The notes: generated by a model from the letters alone, not told the origin. A stretch of DNA of 61,969 nucleotides from a virus (IMGVR_UViG_3300015242_000003:1-61969); one strand, 5' to 3'; counted from the stretch's first letter, positions 1 to 10,313 are shown. Translations and numbers: made by a program.

Positions 1-77
1 GTCGCTCATGTCCGCTCCCGCTGTTCAGTTGGTGTAGCACCAGCCTACTCCTCAGATCTGCATTTGGCAAGTCTGGA
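1..77. repeat. 77-bp terminal direct repeat (copy at 61893-61969), indicating a circular assembly
   Basis: Exact match of bases 1-77 and 61893-61969; 77 is a common assembler k-mer size. Confidence 0.95.
42..70 (-). promoter_or_regulatory. Conserved phage promoter TTGCCA-N17-TAGGCT driving the leftward ORF at 61743-61901
   Basis: Minus strand reads TTGCCA aatgcagatctgaggag TAGGCT gg; one of six matching copies. Confidence 0.8.
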
Positions 78-182
78 GTTCTTGTGAATTCCTAGGAATT
101 TCCCGTGCGCGTACACTCGAGCGCACGGGGCTGCATTCGGCGAAGTCGGAATTGCAGCCCCTCCAACACGAAGGAGTAGGCA

Positions 183-383
183 ATGCCGGCAACACAGCCA
201 ATCCCTCGCAATGCGATGTCCTCTTCGGAGGTTGAGGCAGCTCGCGTTCTCGGCGTGCACAACAAGGCGACCGAGGGGCGACGCAAGCCTCCGGGCGTAC
301 AGGTGCAGCGCGATACGGTTCCGGGCGAGAACGCGGGAACGAAGGTCTCGGGTGGCGGCGAGATCACGGGCGGCTCGGTTTAA
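183..383 (+). CDS. hypothetical protein
   Basis: AAGGAG RBS before ATG; followed by a GC-rich hairpin. Confidence 0.55.
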   Translation: MPATQPIPRNAMSSSEVEAARVLGVHNKATEGRRKPPGVQVQRDTVPGENAGTKVSGGGEITGGSV

Positions 384-477
384 GCAGGGCACGAAACGAG
401 TAGGGCTCCCCTGGCATCCTGGTACCGGTGCCGGGGGATTGTCCTATTAGGACAACTTTGAGAACGGAAGTTCGGCT

Positions 478-663
478 ATGGCGGCAGCACCGATGTGCGA
501 TGGACCGGAATGTGACACTTGGCAGCGTGGGCCCGAGTTGCCCGTGGGCTGGGTGCGAACACAGGAGCAAGGCGCGACGAAGGTTGAGGAGTTGCTCTTC
601 TGTTCGTACGATTGCCTGCTCTTCTACTACGCGAAGCGAAGCTCGAAGGAGACTATCTTATGA
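478..663 (+). CDS. small Cys-rich protein, possibly Zn-binding
   Basis: CDGPEC...FCSYDC motif; ATGA overlap with the next ORF. Confidence 0.6.
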   Translation: MAAAPMCDGPECDTWQRGPELPVGWVRTQEQGATKVEELLFCSYDCLLFYYAKRSSKETIL

Positions 664-878
664 ATATGGAGATTAATGGTATCCCAGACGGGCATGTTGT
701 CGTCGGGCACATCTCGTATCTGAAGGTGCTCGATGCGGAGGGAGAGTGCTATTGGGCCTTTCGGAATGACGGCCTGAACAGCATGGAAGCTCTCGGGCTC
801 GCGGTCGACATGGAGAACGAGGTTCGAATGTCGGTCTCCGACATGAAGGTTGATCCTGGCGAAAGGGACGACTCGTGA
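660..878 (+). CDS. hypothetical protein
   Basis: ATGA coupling to the upstream gene; AAGGAG RBS. Confidence 0.55.
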   Translation: MNMEINGIPDGHVVVGHISYLKVLDAEGECYWAFRNDGLNSMEALGLAVDMENEVRMSVSDMKVDPGERDDS

Positions 879-990
879 ACTGGCCTATTGATTTCGGCGA
901 GTGGGCGCTCTTCACGGTTTGCCTCGCCGCTGGGATCTACTTGGTGGCTGACACGGTTCGTCAGCTCGTTCGATTCCACAGGAACAAGCC

Positions 991-3528
991 GTGACAACAG
1001 CAAGGGTTTTGTCAAAATGGGATATCCTGGATAGCCCGGAGGTCGACTGGCGGCCGCATACCGCGCAGGAAGAGGTTGTCTCGAGCACCGCTCGGTACCG
1101 CGCGGTATCCGCTGGGCGGCGTTTCGGTAAGTCCGATATTGGCGGGCATGAGCTGATTCCTGAGTTCTTTCTTACCCATGGGCAACAGAATGAATTGGCG
1201 GATGCGGGCAAGCGGCGGGAGTTCTGGATTTGCGGGCCTGAATATTGTGCTGATGTTGAGACTGAGATTCTCACGATTGACGGATGGAGGACGCAAGGGC
1301 AACTCGACGGGGACGAGATCGTCCTTACTCAGAATCCAGAGACCGGCTTAGCTGCCTGGCAGCAGATGGACGGGGTGAATGTATTTCATTCCAACCATAG
1401 GTACGTTTATGAGTCGGAATTCCGAGGCCACAGCAGTGTGACAACGGGCGAGCACCGCTGGCTTGTGAAGCATGGAAAGCCAGGTACTTACTACAAGACG
1501 CAAACTAGCGGGAAGTTCAGAAATCCCAATGCACGGCCAGGGCAAGAACGGGTTTGGTATCAGTTTGATATTACCGAAGATTTAGGAAGGGCCCAGAACG
1601 GCATGATCTCCTGTGCGGCACCTGTCGTCAACCTGCCGACGCAGGCGAAGTACGAGGACGCCCTAGTTGAATTGGTGGCTTGGTACTGGACCGAAGGACA
1701 GGCTTGGGGCAAAGGCATCGCTATCGCCCAAAATGAAGGGGTGAACTTCGACCGTATCCGAGCGGCCTGTACGGCGATGCTCGGGCCCGCGAGTGTTCAT
1801 ATGCGAACCGGTAGCGTCGTGGCTACTAAGGCGATGTGGCGCACGCTCGAACGCAAGGGGGCGAACGAGCGACAAAAGGGTGTCGCGCTCAACGGTATTG
1901 CCGCTGCTGAGATCGTGTCAGTGTGTCGAGGCAGCGACAAGATCGTCACACCAGAGTTCATCGCATCGCTTACCCAGGCCCAGCTGGAATTGTTTATCAA
2001 GGTGAGCATTCTGGCTGATGCGAACAGCACTTGGGAATGGGGCGAGGATGTTGAGATCGGCCAGAAGGTAGAGGCCCGAATTGATAGGCTGCAAATGGCA
2101 TGCCAGATTGCCGGCATCCGCACCCAGAAGTTCGAGAGCGAGAATGAATATGGCCCTTGGTATGTTTTGAGCATCTACGTGCGCTCGAATATCCAGGCTG
2201 GAACGATCGCGAAGAATGCAGTGCGGAAGAAGCATTCTGGAATTGTCTGGTGCCCGACAACACCTCATGGGACTTGGCTTGCTCGACGCAGAGGCAGCGT
2301 CTTCTTTACTGGCAATTCGGACGCCGAAAAGGAATTCCGGGTTATCTACAACAGCCTTAAGCGGCTAGGCGTTCCATTCGACCGGCCTGGTACTTACTAC
2401 AACCCGGAGAATGGCGAACTCGACCTCTCCTGCTTGAGTGGGTTGTTCCAGGTGCACGGCAAGAGCGCGAAGTATCCGGGGACTCTGGTGGGCGAGGGCT
2501 TGTCCGGCGTGATTCTCGCCGAGGCAGCGAAGCTCAAGCAGAACGTCTGGACAAAGTACCTCCAGCCCACACTCGCGGACTTCAACGGTTGGGCGCTGCT
2601 TACCTCTACGCCCGAGGGGCGGAACTGGTTCTACGACGTCTACGCGGCGGCAAAGGACCCGCGCAACCGGGACTGGGCGAGCTGGAGATTCCCCGCTTGG
2701 GCAAACCCGTACGTCTACAAGACGAAAACGAAGACCGCTGATGTGTTAGCGATTCAGAAGCTGATGCGGCTGCCGGACTATCCGGCTCAGGACGTAATCG
2801 CGAAGATGTTTGCTGTTGACGACGAGATCTTGTCAAGGCTCTTCTCTATGACAGAGGAAACCTTCAACCAGGAAATCGCTGCACTCTTTACCGAATTCGT
2901 CGGCCGGGTATTCAAGGCATTCGACGAGGAATACCACGTCCGCGACCTTCAATTCAATCCGGCCTGGAAGACGTTCGGTTGCGTCGACTGGGGCTTCACA
3001 AACCCCTCAGTTTGGTTGCTTTGCCAGGAGAGCCCCTGGGGCGAGATTAACGTGCTCGATGAGTTCTACCAGAATGGATTGACGCCTGCTGAGTTCGGTG
3101 TTGAAGTGAAAGCTCGTGGCCTGGCACCCTCGGGACTCCGGACGTTCTACCCGGATCCCGCGAGCCCCGGTGACACTCGGCAGCTCGAACAGATTATTGG
3201 GGTAAAGCACACAGGCGGCACCGGCGGAGAACTGAAGGACCGACTCGATGCGATCCGGCTCGCCCTGAAACCGATGCTGCGCCACATCCCCGCCGACGAC
3301 CCGGGCAACCGACCGCGCCTGCTCTTCTCGCGGCGGGTACCGAACTGCGTGCGGGAGTTCTCGATCTACCGGTACCCGAAAACCCGGGACGAGCAGAACA
3401 GTGCAGAATTGCCTATGAAGGAGAACGACCACACACCGGAAGCCCTCGGTCGGTTCTTCGCTGCCGACGGCACACCAGCTGTCGAGGCCCAGGCAACTCG
3501 GGTTTCCCGCGCGAACGTAAGGGGATAG
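991..3528 (+). CDS. terL: terminase large subunit containing an intein
   Basis: Walker A-like AGRRFGKS, Walker B-like VILAEAA, STPEG coupling motif, C-terminal nuclease motif VDWGFTNP...NDH; lies upstream of the portal. Confidence 0.95.
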   Translation: MTTARVLSKWDILDSPEVDWRPHTAQEEVVSSTARYRAVSAGRRFGKSDIGGHELIPEFFLTHGQQNELADAGKRREFWICGPEYCADVETEILTIDGWRTQGQLDGDEIVLTQNPETGLAAWQQMDGVNVFHSNHRYVYESEFRGHSSVTTGEHRWLVKHGKPGTYYKTQTSGKFRNPNARPGQERVWYQFDITEDLGRAQNGMISCAAPVVNLPTQAKYEDALVELVAWYWTEGQAWGKGIAIAQNEGVNFDRIRAACTAMLGPASVHMRTGSVVATKAMWRTLERKGANERQKGVALNGIAAAEIVSVCRGSDKIVTPEFIASLTQAQLELFIKVSILADANSTWEWGEDVEIGQKVEARIDRLQMACQIAGIRTQKFESENEYGPWYVLSIYVRSNIQAGTIAKNAVRKKHSGIVWCPTTPHGTWLARRRGSVFFTGNSDAEKEFRVIYNSLKRLGVPFDRPGTYYNPENGELDLSCLSGLFQVHGKSAKYPGTLVGEGLSGVILAEAAKLKQNVWTKYLQPTLADFNGWALLTSTPEGRNWFYDVYAAAKDPRNRDWASWRFPAWANPYVYKTKTKTADVLAIQKLMRLPDYPAQDVIAKMFAVDDEILSRLFSMTEETFNQEIAALFTEFVGRVFKAFDEEYHVRDLQFNPAWKTFGCVDWGFTNPSVWLLCQESPWGEINVLDEFYQNGLTPAEFGVEVKARGLAPSGLRTFYPDPASPGDTRQLEQIIGVKHTGGTGGELKDRLDAIRLALKPMLRHIPADDPGNRPRLLFSRRVPNCVREFSIYRYPKTRDEQNSAELPMKENDHTPEALGRFFAADGTPAVEAQATRVSRANVRG
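1246..2316 (+). mobile_element. intein (357 aa) with a degenerate LAGLIDADG-like homing endonuclease
   Basis: Starts C-ADVETEILTIDGW, block B TTGEHRW, ends WLARRRGSVFFTGN with +1 Ser; LAGLIDADG-like blocks LVAWYWTEG and FIKVSILADA. Confidence 0.9.
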
Positions 3529-3536
3529 GAGAAAAC

Positions 3537-5105
3537 ATGAGCTTCGAGCCATATGCGAGCGCAGTCCCGTTCTTCGACACCGCGAAAGCACCGACGCATG
3601 TCGTGGACCCGGAGGACAAGCTCCGCTTGCAGAGCTACGACCTGTACGAGAACATCTATTGGTCAGTGCCCCAGACTTTCAAGATTATGCAGCGTGGCCA
3701 GGACAGCCGGCCGATCTACCTGCCTTCCGCACGTAAGATGATCGAGGCGTGCAACCGTTTCCTCGGAGTTGACTTCGGTTTCTTCGTGACGGGCACCGAC
3801 AGCGAGGACGAGCGCGTCGGCGTTACCGCACTCCTCCATAAGCTGTTCAAGCGCGAGAACTTCTTTATGAAGTACGCGACTCAGAAGCGCTACAGTCTCA
3901 TTCGTGGCGACGCCCTTTGGCACATCGTTGGCGACCCGACGAAGGCACCTGGCGAAGGCGAGGCGCTGTCGATCTACGAGTTGGACCCGCGTACCTACTT
4001 CCCGATCTTCGACAAGGACAACGCGGAGAAGCGGATCGGTTGCCACCTCGTCGATATCATTATCGACCCGAAGGACGAGAACAAGTCGAAGAAGGTCGCG
4101 CGTCGACAGACCTACCGCAAGGAAGTTGACGATAGCGGCACGGTAACGATTACGTCCGAGTTGGCGCTGTTCGAACCGAACGCCTGGGACGATCGGCATC
4201 TGGAGCCGAAGGACATTAAGCGGATCCGGACCGTTACGAACCTGTTCCCGTTGCCACCCGCGATTACCTCGCTGCCGGTCTACGAGATCCCGAACAACCG
4301 GATCCCTGGAAAGACGTTCGGATATTCCGAGCTGCTTGGGGTCGAGCGCGTTTTCGCCGCCGTAAACCAGGCGGTTTCCGATGAGGAGCTTTCCCTCGCT
4401 ATGGCGGGGCTCGGTGTATTCTGGACCACCGCCGGTCCGCCGGTAAACGAGGCTGGCCAGATAGTGCCCTGGGACATTGGGCCCGCACAGGTTGTCGAGG
4501 TCGCGACCGACGCGACTTTCAACCGGCTGCAAGGCGTTACCAGTGTGGCCCCGATGATCGACCACATGAAGTTCATTCTGGACGAGACGCAGGGTGGTTT
4601 GGGGATTCCTGATATCGCCGCTGGAAAGGTCGATGTCTCAATCGCGGAGTCCGGCATCTCGTTGCAGTTGCAATTGGCGCCGTTGCTCGCGAAGAACGCT
4701 GAGAAGGAACTCACGCTTATTAGCTCTTATGACCAGTTCTTCTATGACCTGGTGCATAGCTGGATGGTGGCATTTGAGGGAATTTCGGACGGCAGCACGG
4801 CAACCGCAGTCGCGGTAGTCGGGGACCCGATGCCGAAGAACCGTAAGGCCCAGATTGACGAGATCCTGGCCCTCGTCGGCGGGAACCTGCTCTCGATCGA
4901 AGAGGGCCGGATCCGCCTCGTCAAGCTTGGCTACGAGTTCGATGGGATGTCAGCCGACCCGATTATCTCGCAGGAGCGCGAACTCGCCCGAGCTCGCAAC
5001 GCCGACCCCTTCCTGGACCGCCTTAACGAAGAGACTGGGGCCGCTGGGCAAGGTGTAGCACCAGCAAACAATGGCGCGGTGCCCGTTCCGGGGGTCCCGG
5101 CATGA
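3537..5105 (+). CDS. portal protein
   Basis: 522 aa directly after TerL; portal-like motifs RGDALWH, FGYSEL, AESGISL. Confidence 0.88.
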   Translation: MSFEPYASAVPFFDTAKAPTHVVDPEDKLRLQSYDLYENIYWSVPQTFKIMQRGQDSRPIYLPSARKMIEACNRFLGVDFGFFVTGTDSEDERVGVTALLHKLFKRENFFMKYATQKRYSLIRGDALWHIVGDPTKAPGEGEALSIYELDPRTYFPIFDKDNAEKRIGCHLVDIIIDPKDENKSKKVARRQTYRKEVDDSGTVTITSELALFEPNAWDDRHLEPKDIKRIRTVTNLFPLPPAITSLPVYEIPNNRIPGKTFGYSELLGVERVFAAVNQAVSDEELSLAMAGLGVFWTTAGPPVNEAGQIVPWDIGPAQVVEVATDATFNRLQGVTSVAPMIDHMKFILDETQGGLGIPDIAAGKVDVSIAESGISLQLQLAPLLAKNAEKELTLISSYDQFFYDLVHSWMVAFEGISDGSTATAVAVVGDPMPKNRKAQIDEILALVGGNLLSIEEGRIRLVKLGYEFDGMSADPIISQERELARARNADPFLDRLNEETGAAGQGVAPANNGAVPVPGVPA

Positions 5106-5518
5106 CGACGAGGAAAGGCATGCCGGCTGATCTCCGAGATCGGCTCATCGCGTCGGCTCTCGAACACGCGCCGCGCGAAATCGTCGGCTACGTCGTGCAC
5201 CCTTGGGAACTTATCTTCGTGCCAAATATCGCGGAAGACCCGAACCTGTTCGAAGTTGCTGACGAGGTGCAGCTCCAGGTCTATACGGAATATGGTAAAC
5301 GTCTAGTTGGCATATTCCATAGCCATCCGGCCGGTAGACGTACCCCGTCTACTTCGGACATCGAATACGCCCCACAAGGATTGCGCTACTGGATTATCAC
5401 TCCGATCGAAGTAATAGAATGGGATATGGAATATGACCCGCCCATTGAGAGAACGTGGAACAGCCCAGATAGCGCGGGCCTGGTTGCATCCGTTGCTCCG
5501 GATCGTCGAGAGGACTGA
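5102..5518 (+). CDS. JAB/MPN (JAMM) metalloprotease
   Basis: PREIVG (catalytic E) ... GIFHSHPAGRRTPSTSD matches HxH-x7-S-x2-D. Confidence 0.9.
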   Translation: MTTRKGMPADLRDRLIASALEHAPREIVGYVVHPWELIFVPNIAEDPNLFEVADEVQLQVYTEYGKRLVGIFHSHPAGRRTPSTSDIEYAPQGLRYWIITPIEVIEWDMEYDPPIERTWNSPDSAGLVASVAPDRRED

Positions 5519-6947
5519 CCTCGAGATTCGGCGGCTGCTGAGCAAGGCAGCGAGTGCGGCTGAGTCCGATCTCGTCCGCCTCTCCCCCGGCAACGTCGTC
5601 CGACGCGGCCAGATGTCGGGTGCGCTGCAGGCGCTACGTGGCACGCTCGGGCTCCTGTTCGCGGATGTTGGCGACACAGTCAAGGCGGGCCGGACCGACG
5701 CCGCACAGGCCGCGAGGGAGGCGTCTTTCGATTGGGTCGAGCCTCTGCTTCGAGAAGCCGGCCTGTCGACCGCCGAACGCGACATGTTGCGGGCTGGTGC
5801 GATAGCGACTACCGAGCGGAACGTCGACCTGATGCTGCGGCGGTACAACAGCGAGCAGCTTGCGTTAAGCAAGCAGGTCTACAAGACGAAGCAGCTTTCT
5901 CAAGGCTGGGTAGATCGCGTTATCAACACGTCGATCGGACGCGGCCTTACCGCTCGAGAGATCGCCCGCGAGGTCCGAAGCAGCATCCGGCCGAACACGG
6001 CGGGTGGCGTGGCTCATGCCGCCCTCCGCTTAGGACGGACAGAGCTGAACAACAGCTTCCATACGGCTGCTATCGTGGCGAACGCGGACAAGCCCTGGGC
6101 AGAGGCTATGGAATGGCATTTGTCCGGATCGCACGCGCGGAAAGACATCTGCGACGAGTATGCTGGCAAGGATAGTTGGGGTTTGGGGGATGGGATATTC
6201 CCAAAGAACAAGGTGCCAGACAAGCCGCATCCGAACTGCTTCTGCTTTATCGTGCCGAAGTTGCAGGATGAGGACGATTTCGTCGCTTCGTTCATTCGTG
6301 GGGATTATGACGACGTCATTAATATCACCCCAGCCCCTGTCGCGCCCGTGCTGCCAAAGGCAAAGGAGGGGCGAGCCGCACTAGGTGCTGTACCTCGGGC
6401 ACTGTGGGATAGCGACCTGGAATCCTTCGAGGAACGCAGCATCTTCCAGAGCTACAAGAGCTTCGCATACGTCAACTACAACAAATACTTGCGTGACGGG
6501 AGCGGCGCGTTCTACCGGGACGAGATCGAGACGATGGACCGGATTCTGGATTCCTCGCCCCTGAAAGAAGACGCGACTTTCTGGCGTGGGATTAAGGCAC
6601 CCCGGAACGTTATGGGCGACTTGGTAGACGGAGACCTGACGGGTATGGAGTGGCAGGAAGATGCCTTCTCGTCTCTGTCGGCCGATCGTCGGGTCGCGGA
6701 CGCCTTCGCAGAAGACGGCATGGTGATGCGGGTCCTGGTGCGCAAGGGCGCTCCGATGCTCCAGCTGAGCGAGTGGGCGAAAGAGGGGCAGAGCACCCAG
6801 GTCTACGAAGCGGAGGGGCTTGGCGGACGAGGCTGGAAGTTCCGTGTTATTTCGGATAATGGAATCGACGATAAAGGTGTCCGCAACGTGGATGTCGAGG
6901 TGATCAACAGTGGGCGGAACGGTACCGACCCCTGGGTCCGAAGCTGA
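5433..6947 (+). CDS. MuF-like minor head protein fused to a VIP2-like ADP-ribosyltransferase
   Basis: MuF motifs RLGRTE, DICDEYA, PHPNCFC; Pro-rich linker; ART R-S-E motifs FWRG, FSSLS, YEAE. Confidence 0.85.
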   Translation: MTRPLRERGTAQIARAWLHPLLRIVERTDLEIRRLLSKAASAAESDLVRLSPGNVVRRGQMSGALQALRGTLGLLFADVGDTVKAGRTDAAQAAREASFDWVEPLLREAGLSTAERDMLRAGAIATTERNVDLMLRRYNSEQLALSKQVYKTKQLSQGWVDRVINTSIGRGLTAREIAREVRSSIRPNTAGGVAHAALRLGRTELNNSFHTAAIVANADKPWAEAMEWHLSGSHARKDICDEYAGKDSWGLGDGIFPKNKVPDKPHPNCFCFIVPKLQDEDDFVASFIRGDYDDVINITPAPVAPVLPKAKEGRAALGAVPRALWDSDLESFEERSIFQSYKSFAYVNYNKYLRDGSGAFYRDEIETMDRILDSSPLKEDATFWRGIKAPRNVMGDLVDGDLTGMEWQEDAFSSLSADRRVADAFAEDGMVMRVLVRKGAPMLQLSEWAKEGQSTQVYEAEGLGGRGWKFRVISDNGIDDKGVRNVDVEVINSGRNGTDPWVRS

Positions 6948-7127
6948 CAAGCAGCGAGGGATATTGTCGATTGGAGAAAGGTGGATATCGGACGAAATAA
7001 CCAAATTGAATATAACGGTTCAGCCGCCCTCGAAGAGACCGGTACCGCGCGCTCGCGCATGATAGCGACCTGGGGCAGCTAGCGGGTATAGTTGGCCGAA
7101 GTATCCCGAACAATCGGAGGCAACACC

Positions 7128-7919
7128 ATGAGCCGAGCGCTCATTCTTGGGTCGGTGAGCGGAAAGAGGCTCATGGACCTTTCCCCCATTGGGGTGGTCG
7201 AAGGTCAGCCAATCTACCCGTTGCGCGGCGCCGAGAGCGATGCCGACGACGGAGGAGAAGAGAACGCGGAAGGCAACGATAGTTCCGAGGACGATGAGGA
7301 TAGCGACGATTCCGAAGAGGACGAAGATAAGAAGTCCTCTAAGGACTCGGGCAAGCGTAGGCAGTCCGGACAGCGCAACTCCGAGTTCGCCCTGATGCGA
7401 CGAGAGCTGAACGCTCTCAAGCGCGAGAAGGCAGCGAACGAGAAGAAGGAGCGGGACCGCGAGCTGGCCGATAAGCCCGAGATCGAGCGTCTCTCTGCCG
7501 AGAAGGAAGACACCGTAAAGGAACGGGATGGTCTTCGTGAACGGCACAACGAGGCGATCATCGAGCTAGAAATCATCAAGGTATCGAGTCGTGGCAAGAA
7601 GTACGACTGGAATGATATCGAAGACGTCCTGAACGATCGAAGCGTCCGCAGGGCGATCGAGATCAACGAAGATGGGGACATTTCCGGAGTTGAAGACGCA
7701 CTCAAAGATCTTGCGAAGCGGAAGCCGCACTTCCTCGCGTCGAAGTCCGATAAGGACAGTGACGACAAGGCGAAGAGCAACGGCAAGGCGTCTACAAACG
7801 GCGCGGGTACCGGCAAGACAGGGGCAGCGGTCGGCAACGGGAGTACAGGAGATCGAACCTCGGATCGTGCGAGCCTGGAGAAGAAGTACCCAACTCTGGC
7901 CCACATGATCGAGAACTAG
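7128..7919 (+). CDS. capsid scaffolding protein
   Basis: Acidic N-terminus, coiled coil, KPHFL motif, GGAGG RBS; lies before the capsid genes. Confidence 0.75.
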   Translation: MSRALILGSVSGKRLMDLSPIGVVEGQPIYPLRGAESDADDGGEENAEGNDSSEDDEDSDDSEEDEDKKSSKDSGKRRQSGQRNSEFALMRRELNALKREKAANEKKERDRELADKPEIERLSAEKEDTVKERDGLRERHNEAIIELEIIKVSSRGKKYDWNDIEDVLNDRSVRRAIEINEDGDISGVEDALKDLAKRKPHFLASKSDKDSDDKAKSNGKASTNGAGTGKTGAAVGNGSTGDRTSDRASLEKKYPTLAHMIEN

Positions 7920-7943
7920 CCCTCGACGAAAGGTATTTCCTCC

Positions 7944-8381
7944 ATGTCGCGCTACGATAAGTATGACCCGATGACGGGAGGGTTCCGAGCACCTCTGCTC
8001 GCGAACTTCGCCTACACCGCCTCTTTGCCAGACCGCAAGCACGCGGACCTTGGAAAGCTCTTCTCAGCGGGACTCAACTCGGCCGGCAAGCTGGGGAAGT
8101 TCAGCACCGCTAGCTTCCCGATTTTCGCTGGGGTTTTGATCCTGACCAGCCCCCAGGCAGCAGGGGATGTTGTCGACGTCATGACAGATGGGGAGATCAC
8201 CGATCTCCTGGATGCTGAGGTTGGCGGTACTGCTCTCGGCCCGGGCATGCGCTGGTTCGCGGATCCCGCTGTCGCAACAGGGATTCTGACCGATACGGCA
8301 ACCGCCAATCGGTTCGTGGGTTTCACGGTTGAGTCGAGTCGATTGATCGTTCGGGCCTCGCTCTCCGGATTGGCAGGCTGA
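7944..8381 (+). CDS. putative capsid decoration protein
   Basis: 145 aa beta-rich protein between scaffold and major capsid genes. Confidence 0.6.
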   Translation: MSRYDKYDPMTGGFRAPLLANFAYTASLPDRKHADLGKLFSAGLNSAGKLGKFSTASFPIFAGVLILTSPQAAGDVVDVMTDGEITDLLDAEVGGTALGPGMRWFADPAVATGILTDTATANRFVGFTVESSRLIVRASLSGLAG

Positions 8382-8384
8382 CTC

Positions 8385-9704
8385 ATGAACACCACAACGG
8401 TTATCGACCGGCCAACGAAGGAGTCCTTTTTGGACTTCTGGGACGCGCCTCGTCTCGTCAACCCGATGTTCCTCAACGCCCCGATTGCTCGGCAGGCTTC
8501 GGCCGGTCGGGAACTCGTCAACCTGTCTGAGCTGGGGATCTTCAACAAGATCGTCGGTGCTGAGACCGGTTACCACACGCAGGCCGACGCGCTCGTTACA
8601 CAGACGAGTGACAACGTCGACCTGAACGCGTTGTGGGGCGAATTCCAGGCAACCCTGGAGATCTTCAACGATCGGCGTAATGCGATCGTCTCACTGCTGA
8701 CCTACCCGGTTACCGCGCTGATTGAGCGCGTACCTCAGGTTGGTTCGGTCGATTTCGAGGACGCTTCAGAGTTCGGCGTGCCGAAGGGCGTTCGTCTCGT
8801 CCAGTCGTTCCTCTCGCTTGGATACGACTTCCGAGACTACGACATCGCCACTCGGTTCACCTGGAAGTACCTCCGGGATCACGATGCCCGTGCGGTCCAG
8901 GCTGTCCACAACGCGATCCTGGAGGCTGACAACCGCCTTCTGTTCCGTCGCGTTATGGAGGCGATTTTCGACAACTCGGCACGTACAGCGGAAATTGGCG
9001 GTGACAATGTCCCTGTTTACCCGCTGTACAACGGTGACGGCACTGTGCCGCCTACGTACAAGGGCACTACGTTCGACGGAACTCACACGCACTATTTGGC
9101 CACCGGGCACCCGACGACTGCACTCGTCGACTCGGGCGATCTCGAAGACATGTACGACAAGATCGCGGAGCACGGCTACGGAGCGGAGACTGGTGCCACT
9201 TTCATTTTGATGGTGAACCGGATCGAGGCGAAGGATATTCGGAAGTTCAAGGCTGGCGTCGCAACCAACGGCGTTACCGCGAACTACGACTTCATTCCGT
9301 CCGCGAACAGCCCGACCCTGATCGTGCCGAACGCGACCGGCCTGATCGGAAACATCCCTCCCTCGACCTGGAACGGTCTTCAGGTTATCGGTTCGTACAT
9401 GGGAATCCTCATCATCGAAGAGGACTACATCCCGACGAAGTACATGCTGATGTTCGCAACCGGTGGATCCGCTAACCTGCAGAACCTGGTGGGTATCCGT
9501 GAGCACGCCAACCCGGCGTACCGAGGCCTGCGGTTGCTCCCAGGCAACCAGCAGGGTTACCCGCTGGTCGAGTCGTTCTACTCGCGTTCCTTCGGCACTG
9601 GTGTTCGCCAGCGTGCAGGCGCGGTAGTCGCGAAGATCACGGTTGCAGGCGACACCACATACACTGTTCCGGCCCAGTACGCGCGGGGTGGTGGCAACGG
9701 CTGA
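8385..9704 (+). CDS. major capsid protein
   Basis: 439 aa, strong codon bias, position in head module; motifs FEDASEFGVP and YSRSFGTGVRQR recalled from actinophage capsids. Confidence 0.82.
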   Translation: MNTTTVIDRPTKESFLDFWDAPRLVNPMFLNAPIARQASAGRELVNLSELGIFNKIVGAETGYHTQADALVTQTSDNVDLNALWGEFQATLEIFNDRRNAIVSLLTYPVTALIERVPQVGSVDFEDASEFGVPKGVRLVQSFLSLGYDFRDYDIATRFTWKYLRDHDARAVQAVHNAILEADNRLLFRRVMEAIFDNSARTAEIGGDNVPVYPLYNGDGTVPPTYKGTTFDGTHTHYLATGHPTTALVDSGDLEDMYDKIAEHGYGAETGATFILMVNRIEAKDIRKFKAGVATNGVTANYDFIPSANSPTLIVPNATGLIGNIPPSTWNGLQVIGSYMGILIIEEDYIPTKYMLMFATGGSANLQNLVGIREHANPAYRGLRLLPGNQQGYPLVESFYSRSFGTGVRQRAGAVVAKITVAGDTTYTVPAQYARGGGNG

Positions 9705-9949
9705 TGGAATTTCAAATGCGATGTGATCACCTGGAGTCCTCGGCAACTCAAGATGACCCACTCCCCACTACGGATCATCACGCGGTTGTCCAACTCAGCG
9801 GAAAACGTCGTATTTCTATTCCTGGTAATTATATGGATCATGCTGTTTCCGCTAATTTCAGCATTGGCTATAACAATGATGAGCCAGAAATGCCTCTTTT
9901 TGAAATCGGCAAGAATTATCACGTTACCATCGAGGAGGTGACCCCATGA
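9704..9949 (+). CDS. hypothetical protein (lower GC)
   Basis: Translationally coupled on both sides. Confidence 0.55.
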   Translation: MEFQMRCDHLESSATQDDPLPTTDHHAVVQLSGKRRISIPGNYMDHAVSANFSIGYNNDEPEMPLFEIGKNYHVTIEEVTP

Positions 9950-10287
9950 GTAGGAATATCGATCTCACGAAGCCGCTTTCTGATGAGGATCGGGCCTATC
10001 TTGAGGTACGAGGTCGGTTCCACGAAATCGAGCAGGTCGACGTGCTCGTAAGGGGCACAGGAGCTACGGGAGCGTCCGAGGAGGCCTTCGGGAGCGGTCC
10101 GGCCGGGAGCGGTGGAACTAGCGGGTCGGACGAGGCCCCGGAGTTCGGTTCCGAGACGTGGTTCGACACTGCGACGGTCCCGATGTTCAAGGAAGAGCTG
10201 AAGAAGCGAAATCTCGCCGTGAGCGGGAATCGTGACGAACTCGCCGAACGACTCGAAGAAGCTCTTCTCGAGGAGGACGACGAGTAA
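9946..10287 (+). CDS. SAP-domain protein
   Basis: TVPMFKEELKKRNLAVSGNRDELAERL matches the SAP consensus. Confidence 0.75.
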   Translation: MSRNIDLTKPLSDEDRAYLEVRGRFHEIEQVDVLVRGTGATGASEEAFGSGPAGSGGTSGSDEAPEFGSETWFDTATVPMFKEELKKRNLAVSGNRDELAERLEEALLEEDDE

Positions 10288-10313
10288 AGACCCGCTGCCG
10301 CCAGCACGGGTGG

